The notes beneath the pieces were generated by a model. That model was not told the DNA's origin, made no database searches, and was given only the letters and a program-made list of their open reading frames with translations. Positions 9,060-17,803 of a DNA stretch of 64,000 bases are shown here, in pieces; position 1 is the first letter of the stretch; every line of letters starts with the position of its first letter. Where the stretch lies: NCBI GenBank assembly GCA_022711715.1, contig JAKLEC010000001.1, positions 33,500 to 97,499 of the forward strand, given 5' to 3'. Position numbers and translations under genes: made by a program. This DNA comes from Acidobacteriota bacterium (lineage in GTDB: Bacteria > Acidobacteriota > Aminicenantia > UBA2199).

Positions 9060-10433
9060 CTATTTGGCTGGTGAACGGCGACCGGGGAGAGACAGGCCCA
9101 GCTGACGGATGCGGCGGAAGAGGGTGGTCTTGTGGATGCCCAGTTCGCGGGCCGCCGCGGCGCGGCTCCCTCCGTGGCGCTCGATCGCAGCGCGGATAGC
9201 TTGGGCGTCGAGAACGTCGTGGGCCGCGCGCATGCCGGGACGGTCCGTCCCGGCATGCAGGGCGGTCAGCTCGGCGGGCAGGTGCTCGACGCCGATCTCG
9301 CCGACGGAGCAGAGGATGAAGGCGCGTTCGATGACGTTCTCCAGCTCGCGGATGTTCCCTGGCCAGTCGTGGGCCATCAGCAGCGCCAGCGTCCCGGCCG
9401 ACATTCCCTGGACGGCCTTGCCTTGCAGGCGGTTAAAGCGCTCGATGAACTGCCCGGCCAGCAGGGGAATGTCCTCCCGGCGCCGGCGCAGCGGCGGCAG
9501 CTCGAGGCGCACGACGTTAACCCGGTAATAGAGGTCCTCGCGGAAGTCACCCGATCGCATGCGTTCGGCCAGGTCACGGTTGGTAGCGGCGATGACGCGG
9601 GCATCGGACGTTTCGGAACGGGTCGCTCCCAGTGGATCGAAGGCGCGGTCCTGCAGGACACGCAGCAGCTTCACCTGCAGCGGCGTGCCGATCTCGGCGA
9701 TCTCGTCCAAAAAAATGGTGCCGCCGCGAGCCATGGCGAAGCGGCCAGGTTTGTCGCGGTCCGCACCGGTAAAAGCCCCAGCCTTGTAGCCGAAGAGCTC
9801 GGATTCGAGCAGTGTTTCAGGCAGCGCGCCGCAGTTGACGGCGACGAACGGGGCGCGGTTACGCGGGCTGAGGGCATGGATGGTGCGGGCCACCAGCTCC
9901 TTCCCCGTTCCCGTCTCGCCCAGGATCAGGACGGTGCTGGGGCTGGCGGCGACAGCGGGCAGAACCTCGAATATCCGCTGCATGAGGGGGCTGCGCGAGG
10001 CCAGGTCGCCGACGCGGTATTTTCCCTGCAGCTCCTGGCGCAGCGCCTCGACCTCGGAGAGGTCGCGAAAGGTCTCGGCACCGCCGATCACGCGCCCCGC
10101 CGCGTCGCGCAGCAGGGCGGTCGAGACGCTGATGGCGATGCGATTGCCGCCTGCATCCACGATGTACCCGGACTTGCCGATGATCGGACGACCCGATTGC
10201 AGGGTCCGCTTCAGGGCGCATTCGGCCCCGCACATGCTGGAACGGAACACATCGGAGCATCTCCGGCCGATCGCCTCCCGGCGCGGCACACCGGTGATCC
10301 GCTCAGCGGCGCGATTGAACGACGTGACCCGCCATTCCGCGTCGACCGTGAACACGCCGTCGGAAATGCTTTCCAGAATGGAGTCCGTGCAGGCCAGGGG
10401 ACTCCGACTTCGTTTGGCTTGTCCGCTGCTCAC
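9060..10433 (-). CDS. Sigma-54-dependent Fis-family transcriptional activator (PAS sensor - AAA+ sigma54 interaction - HTH)
   Basis: PAS N-term. GETGTGKE Walker A. GAFTGA loop. ESELFGY. C-terminal Fis HTH (TTLFRRIRQLGL). No receiver domain. Confidence 0.9.
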   Translation of the reverse strand: MSSGQAKRSRSPLACTDSILESISDGVFTVDAEWRVTSFNRAAERITGVPRREAIGRRCSDVFRSSMCGAECALKRTLQSGRPIIGKSGYIVDAGGNRIAISVSTALLRDAAGRVIGGAETFRDLSEVEALRQELQGKYRVGDLASRSPLMQRIFEVLPAVAASPSTVLILGETGTGKELVARTIHALSPRNRAPFVAVNCGALPETLLESELFGYKAGAFTGADRDKPGRFAMARGGTIFLDEIAEIGTPLQVKLLRVLQDRAFDPLGATRSETSDARVIAATNRDLAERMRSGDFREDLYYRVNVVRLELPPLRRRREDIPLLAGQFIERFNRLQGKAVQGMSAGTLALLMAHDWPGNIRELENVIERAFILCSVGEIGVEHLPAELTALHAGTDRPGMRAAHDVLDAQAIRAAIERHGGSRAAAARELGIHKTTLFRRIRQLGLSLPGRRSPAK

Positions 10434-10528
10434 GAGCGCTTTTTTGGCGAGTACGCGGGCGGTGCGTCGTCCCGGCGCCCCGTCAGCGGGCCCGAGACGC
10501 CGGGCCCCATCCTGTCTCCTCTCGGCAT
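10430..10528 (-). pseudogene. Truncated DUF5320 N-terminus (32 codons) abutting the sigma-54 activator start
   Basis: MPRGDRMGPGVSGPLTGRR then stop. 10505-10545 (incl. RBS) near-identical to 8203-8245, the start of the intact DUF5320 gene. Stop overlaps activator ATG (ATGA). Confidence 0.5.
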
Positions 10529-10584
10529 GTTCACCTCCTGTTCATCGATCCCCCGCCGCTGCGGCGGCCGGCAGAGGAATTGAG

Positions 10585-10820
10585 CCCAGGGAAGGCAGAG
10601 GGAGGAGAGAGGGAAGAATGAGGGAAGTGAGAGTGGGAAAAGCCATGTCATGAATTATTCCCACTTTGTCTTCCCCTTGTCTTTCCCTCTGCATTTCCCT
10701 CTCTCTTCCCTGGAGCCTGGAACTTCACATTTCAGCCTGCCATACGCCGTCAGCAGAACGCCTTGCGCCAAGGTCTTTCGGCTTCCCGTACGCCGTATGC
10801 CGTCCACCGTACGCCATCTT
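10585..10820. repeat. GA-rich/CT-rich long inverted-repeat module plus CCGTACGCCGTATGCCG module
   Basis: GGGAAGTGAGAGTGGGAA ... TTCCCACTTTGTCTTCCCC hairpin. Related copies at 36130-36240, 36510-36640, 38885-38935, 40375-40440. Tail shares CGTACGCCGTATGCCG with 23265-23290 and 40500-40850. Confidence 0.7.
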
Positions 10821-11191
10821 CAATGGCAGCCGTGATGGTGCCGGCAGGCGTCGCCGGGCTGGAACAGGGGGAGACGACCGGCCTGGAACTCCTGCAGCGC
10901 CTGGCCCACCGTGGTCGGGCCCTCGGCCAGGTAAACGGAGATGCCGATCTCGTTCAGCTTCTGCACGGCGCGCATGCCCATCCCCTGGCAGGCTACCGCC
11001 TGGACGCCCCGCTCGCTCAGGCCGGAGGTCGGCTGGCATTGGCCGTGGGCGTGCTCGTGCTGGCCGTTGTCCACGGCCTCGAAAGCTCCGCTGTCGGCAT
11101 CCACCACGGCGAAGATCGGCGCGCTGCCGAAATGGCCGTACAGCTCGGAATCCAGCCCCTGGTCGGTCTCGATCGGGAAAGCAATCTTCAT
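10820..11191 (-). CDS. MTH1175/NifX-NifB-like FeMo-cofactor-binding domain protein (copy 4)
   Basis: MKIAFPIETDQGLDSELYGHFGSAPIFAVVD...VACQGMGMRAVQKL, His/Cys-rich C-term. Confidence 0.8.
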   Translation of the reverse strand: MKIAFPIETDQGLDSELYGHFGSAPIFAVVDADSGAFEAVDNGQHEHAHGQCQPTSGLSERGVQAVACQGMGMRAVQKLNEIGISVYLAEGPTTVGQALQEFQAGRLPLFQPGDACRHHHGCH

Positions 11192-11640
11192 TGTGTTTCT
11201 CCTTGCGTTGATTGGCTACGTTCATGGACGCGCCGGCCCGCGCCGGCTCGGCCGGTGCCGCGGCGGCAGGCAGGGCAGCGGGCGGGCGGCGGCGCGCCCG
11301 CATCCTGTCGCCAGCGATGGCGGCAGGAACCGCAGACGAATTCCCCCTCCCCGGCCTGCACGGCGCTGCCGGCGATGCGCAGCACCTTGCCGTTTACCAG
11401 GCAATCCGCGGTCTTGCGCCGGGCGGCGGCCACCACATTGCCGAAGGTCTGGCGCGAGACGCCCATGCGCGCGGCGGCCTGCTCGTGGTACAGTCCCTCC
11501 AAGTCGGCCAGGCGCAGCGCCTCGAGCTCGTCCAGTGCCAGCGCCACTTCAGGAAGATCCCTGGCGGGGATCCCGGCCGGCTTGAAGAGCGTGGCGTCGG
11601 GCACGAATCCCACCCGCCGGCACTTGCAGGGCCTAGGCAT
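11188..11640 (-). CDS. DUF134/UPF0251 family putative DNA-binding protein
   Basis: MPRPCKCRRV N-terminal signature of DUF134. Sigma-70 region-4-like HTH. C-terminal CGSC...CPAC. First gene of the minus-strand cluster. Confidence 0.75.
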   Translation of the reverse strand: MPRPCKCRRVGFVPDATLFKPAGIPARDLPEVALALDELEALRLADLEGLYHEQAAARMGVSRQTFGNVVAAARRKTADCLVNGKVLRIAGSAVQAGEGEFVCGSCRHRWRQDAGAPPPARCPACRRGTGRAGAGRRVHERSQSTQGETQ

Positions 11641-11707
11641 GAGCGGTTTCCATTATTAGCATATGCCAATTATAATACTATCGCTGGGAAAAAGCAACTA
11701 CTTCAAT

Positions 11708-11850
11708 AAGGAAAAAGTAAAAAGGTAAAAGGAAAAAGTGAAAACCCCAATATGAATTTTTCGGAACCGAATCTATCGAACCGGACGCGGGCCTGCGAGC
11801 CATTGCCCGCAATCTTACTTTAACCTTTTACCTTTTTCCTTTTACCTTGC
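11708..11850. repeat. ~25-bp inverted repeat (AAGGTAAAAGGAAAAAG arms) flanking an ~85-bp core
   Basis: Arms at 11713-11735 and 11823-11848 are reverse complements. Third copy of GTAAAAAGGTAAAAGG at 38958-38985. Confidence 0.6.
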
Positions 11851-11875
11851 CAAGGATCTGCTTGGCTGTTCCGCC

Positions 11876-12460
11876 CTACTTCTTCCAGCGGAAGCTGTCG
11901 ACGTCGCCGCGGTTGGTTTTCCAGGTACCCGCGGCGGTGCCGTTGGCCCAGGTCCCGCTCATGTCGGGGATGTCGCCGCTGTACACGTATTTCTCCCAGT
12001 TGCCGTAGGTCAGCGTGATCTTGCCGCCCTTGGCGGCCCAGGTTCCCTGGTAGCCGCGGCTGTCGAGGAAGGTCCCGGACAGGCGGTCTCCTCCTTCCAG
12101 CATGAGGTCGTAGTTCGTCGACTTGCTGGCCGAGTCGGTCGACGTCACGTACCAGGGCCCGCGGGGATCGAACAGGCGGGCATACAGCACGGTGTCGTGG
12201 TAGATGGTGACGGTGGAGCTGGAGTCCTCGGCGCCGTCGTCGACCAGGACCTCGACCGTTTCGCGGGTGTCGGTCGCGCCGTACGAGTACTCGATCGCGT
12301 CCAGCTCGTAGTGGGTGTAGGTCCCCTCCGCCGGGATGCCCCAGATGCCGTCCTCCAGGATGATCTGCAGGCTGTATTCGGGATGCTTGAGGAACTTGCA
12401 GCCGGCCAGCGGCAGCAGCAGGAGGCAGGCGGTCAACACAAGGCCGAGTGTTCGCTTCAT
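11876..12460 (-). CDS. Lipoprotein, hypothetical (GTW-repeat)
   Basis: Signal peptide with LAGC lipobox. Repeated GTW/GxW motifs. No family recognised. Confidence 0.6.
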   Translation of the reverse strand: MKRTLGLVLTACLLLLPLAGCKFLKHPEYSLQIILEDGIWGIPAEGTYTHYELDAIEYSYGATDTRETVEVLVDDGAEDSSSTVTIYHDTVLYARLFDPRGPWYVTSTDSASKSTNYDLMLEGGDRLSGTFLDSRGYQGTWAAKGGKITLTYGNWEKYVYSGDIPDMSGTWANGTAAGTWKTNRGDVDSFRWKK

Positions 12461-12479
12461 GGGCTAGGCTCCTACGTGA

Positions 12480-12830
12480 TGGCTCATATTATAGTATAAA
12501 TCTGACATATAGCCAAATCTTGCAGGGGATATCCGAGCAATCGTGACGCGTGACGCGTAACGCGTGACGAGTAAACGCACAACCAGCTATCGTGATTCGT
12601 GATTCGTGATTCGGAACAGCATAGTTCGGCCATGCTGTTGCTAACACAAACACTAACACCAACACGTAGCGCCCGGCAATTACCTTCATGCTGACACTGA
12701 CACTGTCACTGACACTAATTTTTATTGAATGCCGTACGCCGAGGTCCGCGTCCTGTCTCTTGTCACGCGTCACGCGTTACGCGTCACGAAGATCGTGCAA
12801 CTATGATCGACACCCGGCCGTCTTATATGG
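12480..12830. repeat. Composite intergenic repeat cluster: (TGACGCG)n, (ATTCGTG)n, (AACACW)n, (CTGACAC)n modules
   Basis: Same module types recur at 14845-15060, 21395-21545, 23330-23430, 30489-30520, 41135-41230, 46940-47030, 60400-60500, in both orientations. Confidence 0.8.
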
Positions 12831-12858
12831 TACAGTATGCAAGGAACGACCCCTTCCC

Positions 12859-13794
12859 ATGTTGAAGCATATGCAGGCGAATGAGCGGATCCAGGGCGAT
12901 GACCGCGCCGTAGAGGGCAGGACCCGGCGGCGGATCGTCGTCCTCTCCGTCCTGCTGCACATGCTCCTGCTCGCCGCCTGGAACTCGGCGCTGGTGCTTG
13001 ACTGGGCGGCGCTGCTGCCGGTCGCCCCCGCCGTGCCGGCGAAGGCCGCGCCCCTGGTATTCGACCTGCAGCCGCCCGACCTTCCCCGCGAGGTGATCGC
13101 CACCCCGGACGACGCCCGCACCGCCAGGGCGCCGCGCGACGCCGATTTCCTCTCCGACAAAAACGCCCTGGCCCGCGACCAGGAGCCGGCGCCGGGACTG
13201 CCCGTGACCGGCGCCCCCTTCTCCCGCGGCGACCTGCCCAGCCACAGCATCCCCGTCCCGCCCCCCTCCCCCGAGCGGCGGGAACGGCCGGAGCCGGAGC
13301 GCCGCAGCCCCGAGACCGGCCGCGAGAGCGAAACCCCCGACCTGGACCTCGATCCCGCCGGCCAGGCCGCCCCTCCGGCCGGCAGGCCGGCCCAGCCCCC
13401 CGGCCGCCCCTTCCGCTTCGACCTGCCGGAGGCGCCGCACCGCCAGCTGGAGGGACGCGTCGGCGAGGAGGGCGGACTCTCGTTCAACACCTACGACTGG
13501 GACTTCGCCCCCTACATGCTGGCCCTGAAGCGGCGCATCGGCGGCAACATCTTCCCGCCCCTGGCCTACAGCATGCTGGGCATGATCGACGGCGACACGC
13601 GGCTGCGCTTCAAGATCTACCCCGACGGCCGCCTGGCCGACCTGGAGCTGCTGGGCTACAGCGGCCACCGCACCCTGATGGAGACCAGCCGCTCGGCCAT
13701 CACCGTCTCGGCCCCCTTTCCCGCCCTGCCGGCCGACTTCCCCAAGCCGTACCTGGAAGTGACCGCGCGCTTCACCTATTTCGTGCGACGCTAA
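12859..13794 (+). CDS. tonB: TonB family energy transducer (Pro-rich linker + TonB C-terminal domain)
   Basis: Start at MLKHMQ (12859). Upstream track residues are translated repeat. TM helix, PxPxP/EPEP-rich spacer, C-terminal TonB fold. Confidence 0.7.
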   Translation: MLKHMQANERIQGDDRAVEGRTRRRIVVLSVLLHMLLLAAWNSALVLDWAALLPVAPAVPAKAAPLVFDLQPPDLPREVIATPDDARTARAPRDADFLSDKNALARDQEPAPGLPVTGAPFSRGDLPSHSIPVPPPSPERRERPEPERRSPETGRESETPDLDLDPAGQAAPPAGRPAQPPGRPFRFDLPEAPHRQLEGRVGEEGGLSFNTYDWDFAPYMLALKRRIGGNIFPPLAYSMLGMIDGDTRLRFKIYPDGRLADLELLGYSGHRTLMETSRSAITVSAPFPALPADFPKPYLEVTARFTYFVRR

Positions 13795-13806
13795 GCGAGG
13801 AGCACC

Positions 13807-14436
13807 ATGAAGAACATCCTGGATTTCCTGGTCAAGGGCGGCATCATCATGATCCCCCTCTTCCTGTGCTCGGTCACCGCCCTGGCGGTGGTGATCGAGA
13901 AATCGGTCACGCTGCGCCGGCGGCGGATCATCGTCCCCGAGGTGGTCAGCGTGCTGGACAACGTCAAGGGAGCCGGCGACTTCGCCCTGGCGCTCGCCGT
14001 CTGCGAGAAGCACCGCGGCTCCTTCGCCAACATCGCCCGCCTGGCGCTGGAGAACCGCGCCCTGCCCCGCGAGGAGCTCAAGGAGTCGCTGGGCGACCAG
14101 GGGCGGCAGGAGGTGCACCGGCTGGGCCGCGGGCTGGGGGTGCTGGAGACGGTCGCCGGCATCGCCCCGCTGCTCGGGCTGCTGGGCACGGTGCTGGGCA
14201 TCCTGAAGGTCTTCAAGGTCATCGCGGTGATGGGCGTCGGCCAGGCGGCGGCGCTGGCCGGCGGCATCTCCGAGGCGCTCATCACCACCATCGCCGGCCT
14301 GTTCATCGGCATCCCGGCGCTGGTGGCCTACAACTACTACTCGGACCGGACCGAGTCGCTGGTCCTGGAGATGGAGAACCACTCCAACCGCCTGCTGAAC
14401 AAGATCCACGCCCTGCAGCCGGGCGCGGAGGGCTGA
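13807..14436 (+). CDS. exbB: MotA/TolQ/ExbB proton-channel protein
   Basis: Three TM helices. GLLGTVLGI and ISEALITTIAGL motifs. Confidence 0.85.
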   Translation: MKNILDFLVKGGIIMIPLFLCSVTALAVVIEKSVTLRRRRIIVPEVVSVLDNVKGAGDFALALAVCEKHRGSFANIARLALENRALPREELKESLGDQGRQEVHRLGRGLGVLETVAGIAPLLGLLGTVLGILKVFKVIAVMGVGQAAALAGGISEALITTIAGLFIGIPALVAYNYYSDRTESLVLEMENHSNRLLNKIHALQPGAEG

Positions 14437-14437
14437 G

Positions 14438-14839
14438 GTGCGCCTGCAGACCCGACCGCGGCGCCGGGCGTTGATCAACATCACCTCGCTGATCGACGTC
14501 ATCTTCATGCTGCTGCTCTTCTTCATGATCACCTCCACCTTCCTGGAGCAGCCGGGGATCAAGCTGGAGCTGCCCAAGGCCCGGGCCGAGGCCGTCGGCG
14601 AGCCCCGGGACTACGTCCTCTCCGTCGGCCGCGGCGGCGAGCTGTTCCTGAACCGCCAGGCGGTGGGCCTGGAGGGGCTCGAGGCGGCGGTGCGCGACGC
14701 CCTGCCGAGGATGAAGGACGGGGCGCTGGTGCTCAAGGCCGACCAGGAGGTCTCCCACGGGCTGGTGGTGCGCATCATGGACCTGGCCCGCCGCGGCGGC
14801 GTCAAGAAGCTGATCATCGGCACCAAGGCCGAGGACTAG
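14438..14839 (+). CDS. exbD: ExbD/TolR biopolymer transport protein
   Basis: GTG start 1 nt after exbB stop. INITSLIDVIFMLLLFF TM segment. Confidence 0.85.
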   Translation: MRLQTRPRRRALINITSLIDVIFMLLLFFMITSTFLEQPGIKLELPKARAEAVGEPRDYVLSVGRGGELFLNRQAVGLEGLEAAVRDALPRMKDGALVLKADQEVSHGLVVRIMDLARRGGVKKLIIGTKAED

Positions 14840-14844
14840 CCGAA

Positions 14845-15060
14845 CCAACAAGTCCTCCGTGACGCGTAACGCGTGACGCGTGACGCGTGAAGGCACATAG
14901 AGAGCAATAAAGAGTCGTTCCCATGGCATTCGCCATTCATCCGGAGGGAATCCCGGCAGGGGTTGGCTTTCTTTTGCGAGAATGCTTGCCACTTTGCATT
15001 TTCTCGTCACGCGTCACGCGTTACGCGTCACGATAGTCCGTTTCTTTGACACTGTCTTCC
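14845..15060. repeat. Composite intergenic repeat cluster ((TGACGCG)n in both orientations)
   Basis: CGTGACGCGTAACGCGTGACGCGTGACGCGTG at 14855 and the reverse-complement copy at 15003. Confidence 0.75.
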
Positions 15061-15104
15061 GGGGATGCTATCATGACACCGGGATTCCGGTCGCGAATCA
15101 CGAC

Positions 15105-15821
<717 letters not shown>

Positions 15822-15824
15822 GCC

Positions 15825-17228
15825 ATGACCATCAAAATGCAGCTCAAGGGCACGCAGCAGCTGACCATCACCCCGGTGATGCACTACTTCATCCAGCTCC
15901 TGGCCGACAACCACCTCGAGCTGGCCGAGACCCTGCAGAACGAGGCCGAGTCCAATCCCATGCTGGAACTCGAGACGGCCGAGCCCGAGCCGCGCGAGGA
16001 GGAGGCCAACGACTACACCAAGCGCATCGACCGCGCCGACGCCTCCTTCATGACCCCCTACGAGGACCAGGGCTTCTTCCGCCGCGATCCCGACAGCATG
16101 GACAAGAACCGCGCCCTGGAGGTGCTGACCCCCTCCAGCGTCAGCCTGGCCGACCACCTGCTGGAGCAGGCCCGGGCCGGCTTCGACAGCGGGGAGGAGA
16201 TCGAGATCGCCCGCCAGGTCATCTACAACCTGGACGCCGACGGCTACCTGAAGACCGAGATCGAGTCCATCGCCTCGCTGATCGGCACCACTCCGGAGGA
16301 GATCGAGCGCGTGCGCCGGCTGATCACCCGCTTCGACCCGCCCGGCTGCGGCAGCAAGACGCTGCCCGAGTGCCTGCTGGCCCAGGTCAGCGAGGGCCCC
16401 GAGGAGGGGATGCTGCGTAGGCTGATCCAGGACCATCTCGAGGACCTGTCCCGGGCCAACCACGAGGCCATCGCCAAGCGCCTGGGCGTCAGCGTCGAGG
16501 AGGTGCTGCGCCTGGCCCTGCGGCTGAAGCGCCTGAACCCGCGGCCGGCCGAGGCCTTCGACCGCGGCGAGGTGGAGTACGCCGCCGTCGACCTGATGCT
16601 GATCAAGGAGAACGGCGAGTACCGCGTCGTCTACCTCGACGAGGGGCTGCCGCGCCTGACCCTGTCCCACTACTACCACGAGATGCTGGAAAAGGCGCCC
16701 GACAAGCCGACCGCCGCCTACCTGCGCAACCGCTGGCGCGACGCCCAGTTCTTCATCGAGAGCATCGAGCTGCGCAAGAAGACCATCCTGCGCATCGCCG
16801 AGTTCCTGGTCAAGGCGCAGAAGGACTTCCTGGACTTCGGCGAGAAGTGGAAGAAGCCCCTGACCATGAAAGACGCGGCCCGCGAGGTGGGACTGAACGA
16901 GTCGACGGTGTCGCGCGCCGTCAGCAACAAGTTCATGACCTGGGAGAAGGGGGTCATCCCGCTCAAGGCCTTCTTCAGCTACGGCCTGAAGGGCGACTTC
17001 GGCTTTTCCCACGCCGTGGGCACCATCAAGGACAAGATCCGCGAGCTGATCGCCGCCGAGGACCCGGCCAAGCCGCTGGCCGACGACGAGGTCGCCGCGC
17101 GCCTGGCGGCGCTGGGCATCCGCATCGCCCGGCGCACGGTGCGCAACTACCGCGAGGAGATGAAGATCCCGAGCTCCTTCGTCCGCAAAAAGGAAAATAA
17201 AATCAAAGGAGTCCAAAATGAGCATTAA
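15825..17228 (+). CDS. rpoN: RNA polymerase sigma-54 factor RpoN
   Basis: N-terminal Gln/Leu region I, core-binding region, HTH, and C-terminal RpoN box ARRTVRNYRE. Confidence 0.95.
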   Translation: MTIKMQLKGTQQLTITPVMHYFIQLLADNHLELAETLQNEAESNPMLELETAEPEPREEEANDYTKRIDRADASFMTPYEDQGFFRRDPDSMDKNRALEVLTPSSVSLADHLLEQARAGFDSGEEIEIARQVIYNLDADGYLKTEIESIASLIGTTPEEIERVRRLITRFDPPGCGSKTLPECLLAQVSEGPEEGMLRRLIQDHLEDLSRANHEAIAKRLGVSVEEVLRLALRLKRLNPRPAEAFDRGEVEYAAVDLMLIKENGEYRVVYLDEGLPRLTLSHYYHEMLEKAPDKPTAAYLRNRWRDAQFFIESIELRKKTILRIAEFLVKAQKDFLDFGEKWKKPLTMKDAAREVGLNESTVSRAVSNKFMTWEKGVIPLKAFFSYGLKGDFGFSHAVGTIKDKIRELIAAEDPAKPLADDEVAARLAALGIRIARRTVRNYREEMKIPSSFVRKKENKIKGVQNEH

Positions 17229-17787
17229 CTTCGTGCACAGGAATGTCAAGATGCCGGGCGCCCTGAAGGCCTTCGTGGAGCAGCACCTGGCCGACATCGA
17301 AAAGATCGCCGGCGAGATCATCGACGCCGAGGTGATCATCAACGAAGAAAAACTCTCATTCAAGGTGGAACTCTCCCTGAAGACGCGCCTGGACTCGTTC
17401 CACGCGGAGAACCGCGACAAGATCCTGAAGCAGGCGCTGCGCGGCGCCCTGGCCACCCTGCGCGCCCAGGCCAAGCGCAGCAAGGAGAAGATCAAGGAAA
17501 GCAAGAAGCGCGCCGGGGCCAAGGGCATCTCCATGGCCACGGTGGGCATCGCCGCCGCCCCGCGCCGCGAGCGCGCGCCGCGCGCCGACGCCGGCGAGCC
17601 ACGCGAGGAGGCCATCGTGATCTCGGACAACTACTCGCGCAAGCCGCTGACCGTCGAGGAGGCCGTGTTCTACCTGGGCGAGAGCGGCGAGACCGGCTAC
17701 ATGTTCGTCAACTCCGAGACCAACCGCCTGGCCGCGGTGTTCCGCAACGCCCAGGGCGGCATCTCGCTGATCGAGCCCAACCTCTAG
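17218..17787 (+). CDS. hpf: Ribosome hibernation promoting factor (long HPF / sigma-54 modulation protein)
   Basis: N-terminal RaiA/HPF fold plus C-terminal extension. Canonical position after rpoN. Confidence 0.85.
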   Translation: MSINFVHRNVKMPGALKAFVEQHLADIEKIAGEIIDAEVIINEEKLSFKVELSLKTRLDSFHAENRDKILKQALRGALATLRAQAKRSKEKIKESKKRAGAKGISMATVGIAAAPRRERAPRADAGEPREEAIVISDNYSRKPLTVEEAVFYLGESGETGYMFVNSETNRLAAVFRNAQGGISLIEPNL

Positions 17788-17803
17788 CGCCGGGAGGCCG
17801 CCC

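Noticed and set aside
334-11191. Nitrogen-fixation (nif) gene cluster
   Set aside because: Only NifX/NafY-fold small proteins and MinD-like ATPases are present. No nifH/D/K/E/N/B radical-SAM genes. The NifX-like fold is widespread outside diazotrophs.
12688-12858. N-terminal 57 residues of the TonB track ORF (MLTLTLSLTLIF...)
   Set aside because: Translation of CTGACAC / TGACGCG microsatellite modules. The real start is at MLKHMQ (12859) ahead of the TM helix.
14970-15000. Sigma-54-like TTGGCTTTCTTTTGCGAG motif upstream of lptB
   Set aside because: GG-to-GC spacing is 9 rather than 10 nt, and the flanks are repeat sequence. Likely fortuitous.
14982-15104. N-terminal extension of lptB (279-aa ORF)
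   Set aside because: Runs through the (TGACGCG)n repeat. The Walker-A protein starts at MKTLEVDNIRK (15105), the typical LptB N-terminus.
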